From Promethearchaeota archaeon (GTDB lineage: Archaea > Asgardarchaeota > Lokiarchaeia > Sigyniarchaeales > SOKP01): a stretch of 64,000 nt of DNA. The notes beneath the pieces are model-generated. The model had not been told where the DNA came from. It did not search any database and saw only the letters and a list, made by a program, of their open reading frames with translations. Where the stretch lies: the NCBI GenBank assembly GCA_030603385.1, contig JAUVXW010000007.1, positions 1 to 64,000 on the forward strand. The letters are read 5' to 3'. Of this stretch, positions 8,930 through 23,300 are shown piece by piece (position 1 is the first letter of the stretch; every line of letters begins with the position of its first letter). The translations under genes were made by a program, and so were the position numbers.

Positions 8930-9694
8930 TCACTTCCTTTTATTTTTTCTAAATTCAAATCCACAATTTTCACATATTGCAATAGGTTTATCATACTCTT
9001 TATCACAATTGAAACAGATGAATTTTGTTGATTTTGGCTGTGGTTTTGGTTTTTCTCTTACAGTTAAAATTACTTCTCTTACTTCTTTTATAACTTTTAC
9101 TTCAGGTTTTTTCCCTATTAATATCTCAATTGCATCATATATTCCACTTATCATGCTTAATAATTTATTATATGTTTCAAGTTCTTTCTCATTTGAATGC
9201 ATAATATCATAGGTTTTGTCTAATGTTTCAATTATATCATCAGGATAAGGGTTGACATATGTTTTACTTTCGAGGCATAATTTTTTCCGATTTTCTCTAT
9301 TAAGAGAAGCTATGGCGAGAGTCCAAACTAAAGAATTCAAACCTAAAACCCAACTTGAGATATATTCTCGTGTGTTGTCTCTCCATAAGCCCATTCTCCA
9401 TTGAACAAGACTTCTTCTTATTTCTGTTCGACATTCTCCAATATGTTTGAGAGGAAGATACCTTTTTCGTGTAAAAATTTTATCATCGTATTCTTTTTGT
9501 AAACGACTAATTTCTCTAAATATCTTATTTTGGTTAATCTTCAATTTGGTTTTTTCTTTCATATCAATTATTAAATCAACAGCAGTCCCAGCAATTCCCG
9601 CAATCCTATCTCTTCCTTCAGGTATATCTTTTACTCGTTTGAATGCTTCATAAGCAATTTCAATTTCTAATTTCTTTATATTCAATTTAATCAC
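8930..9694 (-). CDS. Helical hypothetical protein with C-terminal Zn ribbon
   Basis: CFNCDK...CENCG at the C-terminus; coupled to the upstream gene. Confidence 0.7.
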   Translation of the reverse strand: MIKLNIKKLEIEIAYEAFKRVKDIPEGRDRIAGIAGTAVDLIIDMKEKTKLKINQNKIFREISRLQKEYDDKIFTRKRYLPLKHIGECRTEIRRSLVQWRMGLWRDNTREYISSWVLGLNSLVWTLAIASLNRENRKKLCLESKTYVNPYPDDIIETLDKTYDIMHSNEKELETYNKLLSMISGIYDAIEILIGKKPEVKVIKEVREVILTVREKPKPQPKSTKFICFNCDKEYDKPIAICENCGFEFRKNKRK

Positions 9695-9876
9695 CTAACG
9701 GAAAGATTAAATGTCTCTATAATAAAAACTGCGATAATATATCCTACAATAATTACTATTACCACTAGAGGTAAAGATATTGCATATAGTTTATTTGCTC
9801 TTTTATCTTTTCTTTTCTGTTTTTCTTTTTCTATTATTTCTTGAGCTATTTTATCTTTTTCTTCTTGACTAATCAT
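9691..9876 (-). CDS. Small single-pass membrane protein
   Basis: Charged N-terminus then AISLPLVVIVIIVGYIIAVFII; GTGAGGTGA SD upstream. Confidence 0.7.
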   Translation of the reverse strand: MISQEEKDKIAQEIIEKEKQKRKDKRANKLYAISLPLVVIVIIVGYIIAVFIIETFNLSVR

Positions 9877-10477
9877 ACTTTATCACCTCACTTCCTTTTA
9901 TTTTTTTAAATAATATTTTTTTATCTATTTTTTTCATTCTATCAAATAGGGCCTTCTTACTAATTTTAAGATATTTCATCGTAGTTTCAAGATCTTTATG
10001 TCTTAGAATTCCAGATACATTTTCCAATGCCATTCCATTGTTTAATAAATGTGTTGCTCGTGATCTCCGGAAACTATGGGTAGTTATAGGTTTTTTAATT
10101 TCTGTTAGTTCTACACATTTTTTCACAATTTTATAGGCCATAGGATAACTAAGTTGAGAAGATCGATTGGATTGAAATACAAAATCCTGAGTTTTAATCT
10201 TTTTATCATTACAAAAACGTTCAATTTCTCCATAAATATGTGGGGGTACTGGTTGAGTTTCCCAATTCCTCTTGTCTGTTTTTTGATCTCTCAGTAATAA
10301 ATAAGTATAATCATCTTCATTTCTATAATCTTCATATTTGCTATTCAAAGCTTCTGAAACACGTAAAGCACCATAATAACATACTCTCATTAATAAAAGG
10401 TTCCTAGAGGAGATTCCAGGCGTTTGCCATAATATTTCGATTTCTTTCTCTGAAAGCCATTCTTTTGAATATTTCAT
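9869..10477 (-). CDS. Tyrosine recombinase/integrase, catalytic domain only (202 aa)
   Basis: Catalytic residues present: GALRVSEAL (R), QKT (K), THSFRRSRATHLL (HxxR), LRHKDLETTMKY (H, Y). Confidence 0.95.
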   Translation of the reverse strand: MKYSKEWLSEKEIEILWQTPGISSRNLLLMRVCYYGALRVSEALNSKYEDYRNEDDYTYLLLRDQKTDKRNWETQPVPPHIYGEIERFCNDKKIKTQDFVFQSNRSSQLSYPMAYKIVKKCVELTEIKKPITTHSFRRSRATHLLNNGMALENVSGILRHKDLETTMKYLKISKKALFDRMKKIDKKILFKKIKGSEVIKYD

Positions 10478-10683
10478 TTTGTTATCAATTTTGCTTTTTC
10501 TACTATATTTCTAGCGTCTTGAATACATTCATTGCAATTTCTAATAAAATCCTCTAATATTCTCTTAGGAATTGGAACCTTAATATCTTCTAAATTTATA
10601 TAGAAAGAGTTATCACTTTCGAAATAACCTAAGTTCAGATTTTTAAAATATTTATAAATTTCATGATCCATCATATTTTTCAT
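10474..10683 (-). CDS. Hypothetical protein upstream of the recombinase
   Basis: 69-aa ORF overlapping the recombinase start (ATGA). Confidence 0.6.
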   Translation of the reverse strand: MKNMMDHEIYKYFKNLNLGYFESDNSFYINLEDIKVPIPKRILEDFIRNCNECIQDARNIVEKAKLITK

Positions 10684-10891
10684 TTTTACACTTTTATTTA
10701 ATTTTTATAAAATTAAAGATTTTATAGGAAAATCTCTACTTATGGATCGGATGATTATTTTTATTTATAAAGGCACTTGTTTTTTGATTAACAAAAGTAA
10801 AGATTTTACCGTATTTTCTTTACTTAAAAAATAGAATTTTTGCTTTATAAAATATGATCTTTATGCATATTTTCACGTTAATAAAAAAAAG

Positions 10892-10947
10892 GAGAATGAA
10901 TCCTGGCTAATATTTTATTCTTTGAGGAATAAAAGAGGTTCATTCTC
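10892..10947. promoter_or_regulatory. Extended stem-loop / nested inverted repeat in the divergent intergenic region
   Basis: GAGAATGAA/TTCATTCTC outer arms, CCT/AGG, TTTTATTC/GAATAAAA inner arms. Confidence 0.55.
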
Positions 10948-11348
10948 TAAGGTTATTATTATTTTTCTAATATTTAATTATCGCTTTTTTCGATAAATAT
11001 AATCGAAATTTTCAATAAATCAAATTTCTAATATTTATTCATTCCTTTTTGAAAAACGTTCTAAAAATGGGGATTAATTGCCTAAAAAATATATGAATAT
11101 TGCAATTTAATTATGATTTAATTTTCTGATTTTTTCTAATTCAAAGAAAGTTTTCTCATTTTTGAGAAAGGTTGGAGGAATTATTTAAATACCACGTTTT
11201 TGTTACTTCTTAAAATAATGTATAGTCAAAAGTTTTAGGTGTTACAGAATTTTTCCTTTAAATTGGATTTCTATTACAATTTCGTTTTGGGTTTCTTCAG
11301 TTTTTGTAAGATTTTGCATATTTTTTTTTCTCTTTATATATCTTCATT

Positions 11349-14300
11349 ATGGGTTATATAAAGATTCAACATTATGTTTCTTTCACATTAAAAGAGGTGC
11401 AAAGTATGGAACTAGTTGAAAAATCTTCAAATATAGATGAGCTGATAGAGCACCATTGTCAGAAAAAGATTAGACTGCCTAAAATACAATTAAATTATTC
11501 AAATAAAGCGAAAGGAATAACCTGTTTTGCAAGTTTCTTTCTTTTCTTAATTGGTTTTATATTGTCTGGAAACGATATACAAAGTAAAATAATAATTACT
11601 GGAGGATATCTTTTCTTTTTTTATTTAAACTTACCTAGATTTTCTGACTCGGGAATAAAAAAAGATTATTATGCAGCATTACACGAATATGTAATTAAAA
11701 GAACCGATTTTCTTAATCTAGATTCCAAAAAAGCACTCATTTGCTTAACTTCTTATCTAATCTCTTCGATTTTTTCACTATTGTCTATTTATGTTTTTAA
11801 TAATATAGAAGCCTTTCTCATCTCCTTCTTCATTTTTCTTATTGTTTTAAAAGTATACATGCCAGATCTAACAAATTATAGAAAGAAAAATGTACGATTT
11901 CTTGCAATCATAATAATTTTTTCTTTAATTCTCTTTCCAATGTTAATAAGTTGGGAATCTCTCGGGTTAAAGCAAGAAGTATGTCCATCCCCTTCCTTTG
12001 GAATATATCCACAGCACCAAAGAAGAGAAAATAACGTAATTGATCTAATTAATTTAGATTATACAGAAAATCTTAATGAATTAACAGATATTACATTCAA
12101 TTCCTTGATCTCAATAAAATTTAAAACTTCTTGTTCCACAAACAAGATAATAACATTTCATGCAGATCTAATTCCCAGAAATGTATCGATATCTGGAGAA
12201 CTCAACTCAGAAGCAAAAGTATTGGAAAAAACACATTCATTTAGTTCAAAACAATTTAAGGGACCTTTCTCTGAGCGAGACCTTTATTTTAAATTAGATT
12301 TGTCAAGTACTCAAACACCTGTTTTGCCGGGAAAGTATCAACTAGATATATTTTATATTGTTCAAAAAGGATTTACAGTTGGAGAACACTCATCAGTTCA
12401 TTCATATGAAATTAACATTCAGAAGGAATATGTGTTCTTTATTGAAAAATATTCAGCCGATCCTGGAAAATCCACTCGAAAGGGAAGCATTTATACAATT
12501 GAGAATTTAGACTTACCTGGTTGGACAACAATTTTTGAGACAAGAATAGAAGACTCCTTGGGAAATCCCATCCCTAATGGAATTGTCTCATTATATACAA
12601 CAGATTATAAAGATGGGAATATAATTTTAAAAAAAACGTCAGACTATCAAGTAGGAGACGATGGATTCATCTATTATAAGGCAAACAGTAGATATTTTGG
12701 AGAATTAACAAGAGGAAAGCTAGTATTTGATGGTTCTCAGAGCTTGTATTATAAAACGACAACTCATTTGGAAAGTGCTGAGCTCTCGGAGGATAAATTT
12801 GTCCATTCATCTGATTATCCCACTAATGGAGATTTTCTTTACAATGGAACTCAATTCAAATTGGAAGAGGTAAATCAGTTTAAAACGAGAACTCATTTAT
12901 TATATTTCCATGACTTTAGTATAAAAGAATTACAGTGGGTTAAATCCCCAAATTATTGTTATTATACGGGAACTTCAGATTTCATTTACCTTAATACTAA
13001 AAAATCAACCGATACATATATTGAGAGCCCTATAATAACATATTTAGGCACAAAAGCGGAGTTAGCTTATCTTTCATACAGATATCAGCTATATAACTAT
13101 GAAAGTTTAAATGATGAGATTTGGGTTGATCTTCAATCTCAATTGTGGAGAGATGGGGTAATAGTGCACCAACAATTTGATTACAAGGGATTTTATAATG
13201 AAAAAGGTGGCAACTGGAAAACAATTGAGACTAATTTAACCAACTATTTTCAAGAGGGGGGTCAGCAATTTAAGATTAAGATTCTCGCCAATTTTACTGC
13301 CAGATCCCATCATATAAATGAAATATCAATTAGGTTTGATTATGCCAGGTTAGAGGTTTATCATCCTCCAGTATATTTTAGGGATTTTACGTTTCATAAT
13401 GGATTTAATGAATTCACATCTCCGATTACTGAAACTACTGAATCATTTTATTGGGATTTAAATAATACAGTATCAGAAGAACAATTTAATGCTATTATTG
13501 GCAATAATTTCTCTCTAGAAGCTATTCCAAACGGCTCCTCTCCAAATTCTTTTGGAATTCTTACTAAACTAAAAGAAAAAACTGAATTCTCGGAAAGTGA
13601 ATTTCTAATCACTAATCAAATCAATCTCGATAATTTGGAGTTTTTGAAATATGAAAATTTATCGAATTGTTACCTAGATCTTGATGCAAAATTAAACTTA
13701 TTCAGTTTTATAAATAAAAATATAGCGAAAAAATCAACGTCACTTTCTGGAGCTTTAGAGACCGAGATGTTAGTAATGACTGAATCTTTCTCTGATCCAG
13801 ATTTAGTAATTTCAAGTGAAATAATATATGATGATTTTGCTAATGATTATATTCTTAAGGAGTTGAATTTAAGAGAGACTTGGGACAAAGATTTTGGTGA
13901 ATTGTTTTATAATTTTGACACTTTAACAAATGAAATAGAAGTGCCAAATATTGATCAGTACCTTCAGCTCTCTGCTAAGGAGCAAGAGGATTTATTTATT
14001 CTGTTTAAAAACCTATATGAAGAGGGATATCACAAGATATATTTAGTATTTAAATTTAAAATCAACATTTTTAACAAGATCCAAGATGAATCATTAAATA
14101 ATATTAATGTTTGGTTCAATAGATTTCAATTATGTTACCGTTGGATGAATTTTTCTGGTTTTTTTAATCAGACATATTTACTTGAAAGAGATAAAGATCC
14201 ATTTATATTCTTCGAAAAACTAACAAGTGAGGCAAATCTCAACCTATTATCGGATTTTGGAATTGAAATTGAAGGACGCAATGATCTTATTTCTTTTTCC

Positions 14301-17300
14301 TCATTAAGCGATAATTATTTTGGTACCCTTGGAGTTTATGATTCTTTTGGGAAGTTCACTGTTGATGAAAACAATATTAAAGCAAGAACTGGAATTATTT
14401 CACCAAATTTATATTCAAATAATACTAACAATTATACTCTTCGAGCAATTATCGATTTCTATCCATTTTTAAAGTGTCAAGAGGATATACAACTTGAATC
14501 GATATTTCATAGTTTTAACTCCAATAAAATGAATCTGAACTTAGAAATCTTTAATCAATATGAGGAAAAGATTGCAACCAATTATGGAAATCCATATTTA
14601 ATGGTCAGAGATTTAGATGTCAATGATTTTGCTTCTATTACCAATAACAATGGTGAGAAATATTATTTTACTATAAAACCAATGAAACTCCATGTATATT
14701 TACACGATATTATTACATCAACTGATTATATCTATTTGAAACTTGTTTCTGAGTTTTCAGATAAATTTAATTCTACAATCACCTATGAACAGGGTGTTTT
14801 CTTAGATACTGTTAAACTAGAGTTTATACAAGAAGAAACCTATTTCGAAGAGGAATCATATTCCGAACCGATAAATAATCATAATAACGACTATTCGTCA
14901 GGAGCACCAATTTATTTCCAGGATATCCCGTCCTTTATAGAAAATATGTCCATTAACGACCATAATTTTGAAGAGATTGTGTTCTTCAATGATCATACAA
15001 ATTTAACCTTAGATTTGAAAAATAATGATAATGTAAGTTCTGTTAAAATTCATGCCATCAAAATTTTGGGGGATCCCGCATTCTATACATATATAGATCA
15101 AAATAAACAATGGTTTAATTTAATCATAAAAGGGACTTCAAGCTATCCTAACTCAAATTCACCTTATTTAACATCGGACAAACTTTCTTATTCTTTTTTC
15201 GATGGTTATGATCTTAATGGTACATTTAATTATGAGAATGTTATCCACTTAGATAATTATACAATTCCATTTAAGGATTTAAACATAATAGATATTGAAA
15301 GAATTTATACAAGTCAGGAAATTTCAATTCCGTTCTATTTCGATCCAATAGCCCAAGAATTGACAATAGATCGAGAATATGCTAGGTATCTTAATAGTTC
15401 TACTAATTTAATCTTAAAAGGTGTAAAATGTGATTTAGGTTGGAATAGTTCATTTTCTTTTGAAGGGGAAAAATGGGTATTAGAAGAGTTTAATGTGGTT
15501 AATTATTTATCTTCAGTTCCAGAATGGTTTGAGTGCCTTTATGGATTTGAAAATGATGAGTCTTCTGAGTATGTCCATTATAAACAAGTAGATCAATATA
15601 CCAAAGACATGTTTGAATTCTACTTCTCAATTAGTTATGATAATGGAAGTAAAAAAACCACACCAATTTATAATGCAAGATATGATAATGTAAAAGCAAC
15701 AGGGATATTTGGAAAAATTTTAACGAATTCCGAGGGTGAAACAAAAGTAAATTATCATATGTTGGGGGAGACAGGAAATTTCAGAAATATTATGTTTGGA
15801 ACTTCAAACCCAGAGCATAGAACACTTTATTTTACTCTTGGATATGAAATAATCAATGTTGGTGATAGTGAATATTATATTAGCTCACAATTTCCCTCCC
15901 CATTAAATAAAATTAGACAAATTGAGTTATACAATCAAACCAACTCTAAGATTGGGTCAATGAATTTAGATTATTCCTCTGAACCGATTCGTTATTTTTC
16001 ATTAGAATTAGACTCTAAGTACTTTAATGAGGGATTCAACTGGATTAAAGCTATTATAACAGATCAAGCAGATAATAATAAAATTATATATACTTCTATT
16101 TATGTCTACAAAGAGCTTAATTATTCTCTCTCACAGTCACTAGCTTTTGGAGATACTATTTATTATAATCAAGAAAGGAATTACACACAAGATCCTCACC
16201 AATTCTTTGGATTTTTGAATAATTGGGTTGATAATGGAAGAAAGAGCAATATTACCGTTGAGATTAGTTATTTTAACTATAATGAGCAAATTTGGATTCC
16301 CTTAGGGTCAACAGTAAGTTCGGATGGATCATTTACAGTAGATTGGCATGAAATTGATGAGAGTTACAGATCGCTTTTACCGTCTCAGCGAGGATATTTG
16401 CCGGTAAATTTGACATATTACGAAAGACCACCGGCTTACTTTTATGGAGATTATGGGAAATTTGATAGTTCTAATACCTTGTCACCTTTTTTAATTGATG
16501 AAACGGGGAAAATATATATTTATCACTTTAACCATTTTAAAGACAAGTGGATTATAAACAAAACAATAGGATTGGGTGTTTCACTCAATGATAATACAGT
16601 TTCTGCGCTAGATTTGAATGGAGACGAAAGAACTGATTTAGTTTTCTCAAGTAAAACGCAAGAAGATAATAGGATTCATTTTTACATTTATAATTCAGAA
16701 ACTAAGATATTTGATTTTAATCAGACAATAAATATCCAAAAAGATATTTCATACTCTCAAGCGTTAGCTAAACCTGTTATACGGGATTATTTATTTGATT
16801 TTACAGATGGAACAACCCCTGTCTTATATTTATGCATAAGTAACACATCAAATGACGTAAATTTCATCTTAAAGCTTTCATTTGACTTTTATTTAAACTT
16901 TGTTCAAGAATCTATCACCCAAATCCCGGCAAATTACCTGATCACTAAACTTTCATTAATTAAAGATCGACTATTTATTGGGGCTATATCACCTCAAAGA
17001 CAAGCAAAAGTTCAATCTTCAATCTTTACTCTTGATCCTAAACTTCTTATAAACAGTACAGAGATTTTTGAAGATTCTATTGAGGGAATTGTCGCTGAGA
17101 TTTCATATTTTAAGGCACAGGTGGGTGAAATGCTAGTTCTAGGTATTTCGAAAGATCAATACAATGAAGATGATATAATCTTGTACTATCTTTTTGATGA
17201 AGTAGAAAAATCTTGGAAACGACCAGCTTTAATATTTAATCCTAATTCTGACATTTTTTTTAATGATTCTCTTGATTTTCGCATTCGTGCAATAGTTACT

Positions 17301-20300
17301 TCCAAAGAAGAACATCTCGAATCATTGTATATAGCCTCGAATCATGGTGTTTTTAGGACTATAATTACAACTGAGATTTTTGAGGAAGATATTATACCTA
17401 TATACTATTCTGTTGATACTGTTAGAATAAGTGATTTGCTAGCTTATAAGGAGGAAAACGAAGATTATATCCAATTACCTTTAACCAATTATCCAATCAC
17501 ATCAATTATTAATGTCTATAAAGTTGAGAAATGTTATTATGATGAGATTTATATATTCAACAGAATTGAGCGATTAGATGAAAATGGATATTCAATAAGT
17601 AATGATAGACGGTCTTTAATGTGTTATCCTGAAAGAGGAAATTGGACACTCAATACATTACTTAATTCTGATTTGTACTACGAAATTCGGTATTACTATG
17701 AAGCCACACTAAAAGAGGCTTCTGGTTATATCTCATCAAGGATAAAGAAAGAGGAACATAGTCATTCTACTGATATAATAGCATCAACTTCAGAAATGAA
17801 GGCAGAAGACTTGAGATTTCAATTAAAGAACATATATGATAACTCTTGGACTCTCAATTATGGCACTAACTATGAAGATTGGAATTATCAAACCATACCA
17901 GTAACAAGTGGCTTACCATTTATAATTCGTTATGGCTCACTTGAAGGTAGTGGAATTACTTCTGTGTCTCAATTATCAACTTTAACTGAGTACAACAATA
18001 AACGTATAAATTATGGAACAATCACTACCACATCTGATATGGTATCGACGAGTACGGAATTAAGCCAATTTGAGACAGGACAAGATTTTAAAGATCCGAA
18101 TAATTACCAATATCCATATAGCAACTCCTATATTGACTCGGTTTGGGTTGAAGATTTAGACTTATCCTCTAGTATAGATTTTAGAACTGATATGGGTGAT
18201 TATACTGAACTTCTAGGAGATATGGGTAATATCGCTGATGATATTCTTCCTAGTACAGTAGCCAATACTGTTGCATATCAGCCTGAGATTATTAATGTAG
18301 CAGTTAGCGTCTCTGGTGGAGGGACTCCAACCGTGAAAGATGATCAAGACCAAGATGTTACTACTAATAATCAACGAATTCAAATACTCAAAAATAAAGG
18401 TAATTACCTTCAAGTATACGAATCAAATAATGCTGATTTGGGTCTTTATATCGACGTCATGTTCCAATTAGATGATAATGAAGATTATAAAAGCATTAAG
18501 TGTATCTTAGTCTCAACTGCATTTGCTCAAATTATTGTACCAACTGGGAATTATGATCCAGGTGGTTATGTCGACTATGTCAAAAACATGAAAGTCTCAC
18601 TCATAGATAATGAAAACATTGAGATCGGTACCTTCCATACTAAGGATGATATTTTTGAAAATATTTTTGAGGCATCTAATTTATATGTCATTGATAATGA
18701 CGGTCTACCTAATTTTGATGATGATATCTATAGAAAGTTTAAAACATACAATTTTGGTAAGTCTATTTATTCTGATCCTGCTTATATAGAGCAAGGATAT
18801 TACAAAGTAGATAACATTCCAGAGAGAGCCAACTTTTTGTTTCCTAATAAATATAATATACACAAAATAACTAAAGGTGTGTTCTCTAGAGGTGCAAATA
18901 ATCAATTTAGATTTTATTATTATTATCATGATGATGCTCTTTATTATGAACCTGAATCTACCTATGAAGAAGAGCATATTTATGATTACAATTACTTAAG
19001 ACTTGATACAAGTGATACGACCAATTTTGTTAATGACGGGAAATTAAAATTAAGGTTTTCAATGGCAGGATATACTGGTGATCTTTCAAAGATTTTACGG
19101 AATGAGTTAATTGTTCGACATTTTAATTGCACCGTATTTTCAGATAAAGACAATCTAAACAATCAAAATTGGGATTTCTCAGGAGATGGTTATACTTCAC
19201 AAGACACAGATGGGGGTCTAATTTTAAATTCTGGCTCTATATCATTAGACGATACTAATTGCCCCACTAAGACCTACATAGACTCTAATAGTGATATAAA
19301 ATATCGAGCTGTTTTTAGACTACAAGACACAGGAAATATAGTCACTTTTTCAGTTGGAAGTGCTTCATATAGATACGATACACTTGATCCTAATTTACCT
19401 GATAAGCTTAGCCTACAAAACGGAATAAACACAATTGAAATTACCTACGATGCTTTTAATTCATGGAACTTGTTTATTAACGGCGAAAATGGAACAGATG
19501 GAACAGGTGAATTAGAGGGATGGTTTAATCCAAACGAATTTGAACCTTCAGGTGATTTCTATCCAACAATTTCTGTTGGTGATAATGATGAAATTAATCT
19601 CATTGAAATTAAAAATCAAGTTTTTGAAAAGATTGACGCTAACTATAATGGATGGTCTACTGATTATAATGATAGCGAAGAATTAGTTGTTGGAGGTAAA
19701 GGAGAGACATATAAGGACCTTACGTATTCAGATATTTCATTACAACGAGAAATTATCTACTCTTTTAACAATGGGTTATCCAATATTAAAGCCGTATTTG
19801 AGGATTTACGCCTTTGGTCTGATTTAGATTATCACACTAACATTGATGAGGTCTCGCAGCAACAGTATGACACAGATTTTCCTTTATTTATAAGTAACAT
19901 TTACAATGATGATGAATATAGTGGGACTTTCTATACCGAGCCAAGTAATACTTTTCCAATAAGTGGTATTATGCCATTTCCCACTGATTTGGATTTGAAT
20001 TTTCCAAACTTTGCTCCATCAATGCCAGATAATATTTATATATTAAAAGTTGAACCACATTTCTATTTTAAATATGATTATGGAACTGATGCTAAATTAA
20101 TAGTTAGATTATCCAATGGTCTTTATATTGATGCACCTCTTGATAATCCCTATATAGGCAATCAGATTTTACAAATTGATTACCTTTATGATTACATTTT
20201 AAGTGATTTACAGGTCTATAGTTCTAGCAATTTTCAGGCCGAAGCGTTCAATTATGGATTTACATACACCGACGACTTAGAATTAAGTACCACCACAATT

Positions 20301-23300
20301 AAAATAGAAAACTGCTATGGTAATGTAGACATTTACATGATGCAATATAAGGTTTATACCACCCCCAAACCAAATACGTTTAGAGATCTTCTATATAATC
20401 AGGAATTTAATATTCCAAATAACGCGGTTACTGAATTTTATATACTTGATAAATATTCTAATAAGCAATTAATTAGCAATAATGTGAATTTCAAATCCGC
20501 TGGCTCTTATATCAAGGCATTGTTAAATAACTCAGGCAACATTAATTATAACCCGGAGAACAACCTTGAAAATATTATTTATAAAAATTCCTTTGGGCAA
20601 AACGCTTTAAGTTTTAATATTAAAGCAAATATTAACTATCCTGATTTTGCAGATGATTCAGAGACAATCAGAGCGTTTAATAAAATCAATGATTTCAAAA
20701 TAGTTCCCAAATTAAAGCCAAAAGAAGGAAATGGTTTATCAAATCCAGATCCAGATGATCCAACCCCATATCCTTACGGATCAAGTTGGTGGCATCAACA
20801 AGAATTAGTAGTGCCACTTCCGTTTAATCTTACATTTAATGAATTTAGTTCTCAAGATTTCAATGACCTTTCAGAGTTAGTTTTTGATGTTGAGTTTAAT
20901 CTTTCACTATTAGGTTTTAGTAGTTTCGCATGGAGACCAAATTTAAAAATTTATGATTATAGTACCAAAGAATGGATTTCTTATGTTGAAAATATAACTT
21001 CAGGAGGTAAAATTCTGTGGAATTGGAAAAATGATTACATTACTAACAATACATACGATAGAATTCAGTTATATCATGAACCAAATAGGTATTTTCAAAT
21101 TTTTAATGGAAATAGTCATAATTGTGAATTCTCCTTTAGATTCACTCGTGAAGCTTATCCCAACTTAGATCAATTACTTCAATCTTCAGGAAATTCTGTT
21201 TCTATTACTCTTATGTGTGAAGCGTATATCATTCCAGGAGTTTATAAAGATGGCGGCTGGAACATCGAATTTGAGAATTCAACACACCCATTTAATCGAA
21301 AAGAAATTTCTTCAAAAATAATATTAAAAAATTCAAGTATTAGACGATTCCGGAAAACTGAGATTTATAAAAAGAATATTTTCTATTCAAATAATTTTCA
21401 TAATGGAAAGCCGTTTGATAAACCTTCCAATTCTTATATAGACCTTAAAACACTTTTAGGAGGCAATTCCTTTGATGATATCGCCGGGATATGTACTGTG
21501 TATGGAATCAAACAAAAACCGTTAATAATTGTGCCTTTAGATTCTAATCAATGGGATTTCAATAGAACTTTAGGGCGTCTTCAATTATCTAATGAAGTTT
21601 TACTAAATTTTGATTATTTCAACTTTACTATGGAACTCTGGAGCGATTTCTTATCACTTGGTGGTAATAAATTTGAACCGAATAAAAGTCTATTTGAGAA
21701 TATTACTCTTATTGAGAAAATTATAGGAGTAAGGAATGACGGTTCAATTCAATGGTTTACTAAAAATTATGAAAATGGTCTTTTCTCTTATACCCAAGAA
21801 GAACCATACTATATACACCTAAACCAAGATGACTCAATAGACCATATTACATTTGCTTCTCATATCAATTTAAGCGAGTTCATAAGAATCCGTGGTGTCG
21901 TACAAGATATTGGAAATTATCGAAGCTCGCTTTATAAAGAAAAGATAAGTCTTTTACACACTGATCATCTAAGATTTCCTTTTGATTTCAGCAGCATTGA
22001 TAATTTAGAATTTCAAGATTTACGATTAAATTGTGCTTTCGAATCCGGATTTATCAGTGATGAAAGTATTAATAATATTTTTTCTGATAGTTATTATTCT
22101 GTTTATATTGATTTTTATAAAACTGTTGATGAATATTGGGACTCAAATCCTGAAAATATGTCCTACATAGGTAGGTATAATGTATTGAATAATTTGCTTT
22201 TTAATTCATCAGATTTTCGATATCATTCCTTTACATTATCTGGTATAGATCTAATGAACCTTAGTTTAGATACATCAAGATTATTCGGTTCCTTTCAACA
22301 AAATAATACTTTAATTTTAAAAATTACTTCTGAATTTAGAGGATCTCACCAGGGTAAGTGGTTGGAGGGGGATTTTGCCTTTGAAGTCAAAGATGCTTCC
22401 CTAAAAATACACATGGAAGATGGAAATTATAGTGAGTTAGAGGAATTAGTGGCAAGTTCCGCATTTATTCAAAATTTTCCTATTCCTGATTTGAGTAGTA
22501 TTGAAGCTATATCTTTTCAAATTAATTATTCAGAAATTCCTCAGATCGCAACCTCAGCATTCATAATAGGAAATAATAATGGAATTTATCCACTTCAACA
22601 ATATGAAATATTTAAAGGTCCAAGTGTAATTCAAATTCAGTTTTTTAACCCAGAATTGGAAAAATGGATTATTGTTGATTCTGTTATATATGATCTTGGG
22701 GATGAGAATCTTTATACCTTTTTATATTTAATTGACAAGCATTCGACAGATTTAACTCAATTTGATTGTCTTAAAGATAATAAAAGTACGTATCAGCTAA
22801 GATATCGCCTTGTTATAGACAAAATTTTTACTGATAAAGCTTGCTTTGTTGAAGTAAAATTCCGTATGGAGGATGTTAAACTTCAAATTTATTATATGCC
22901 CGAATCAAACACCAATGAATTGAATCCCAAGCTATTTTTTTCTGCTGATATAACCGATCTTTTAACTGTTGGGGATTATCCTATGCAAAACTATATTGAA
23001 GATTTATTCATTTCTCTTAATTTTAATTATGGGATTTCACTCTCTAATCAGGCTAAGGATTATTTCAATCAATATGCGTTTTATACTGAAACCATTAAAT
23101 TATTTATCTTTGATGAAAATAATAATAGAAGGCTTATCGGCAACCCAAATTCGATTATCAACTTGAAGAAAATTGCTAAAGATTCTCTCTATGAATACAT
23201 TAAATACAGAAATGGAAAGTATTATATTGATTTCTTATTAGATTACAAATGGCAACTCAAACAATTTCAAAGTTATCAGTGCAACTCAATCTTTAACGTT

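Noticed and set aside
10892-10947. Stem-loop containing ATGA as a possible SECIS
   Set aside because: ATGA is fully Watson-Crick paired rather than forming a GA/GA quartet, and there is no upstream TGA-containing gene
1-11348. Provirus or conjugative element call
   Set aside because: No capsid, portal, terminase, packaging ATPase, VirB4 or relaxase recognisable in the visible part; cannot be excluded beyond the left edge
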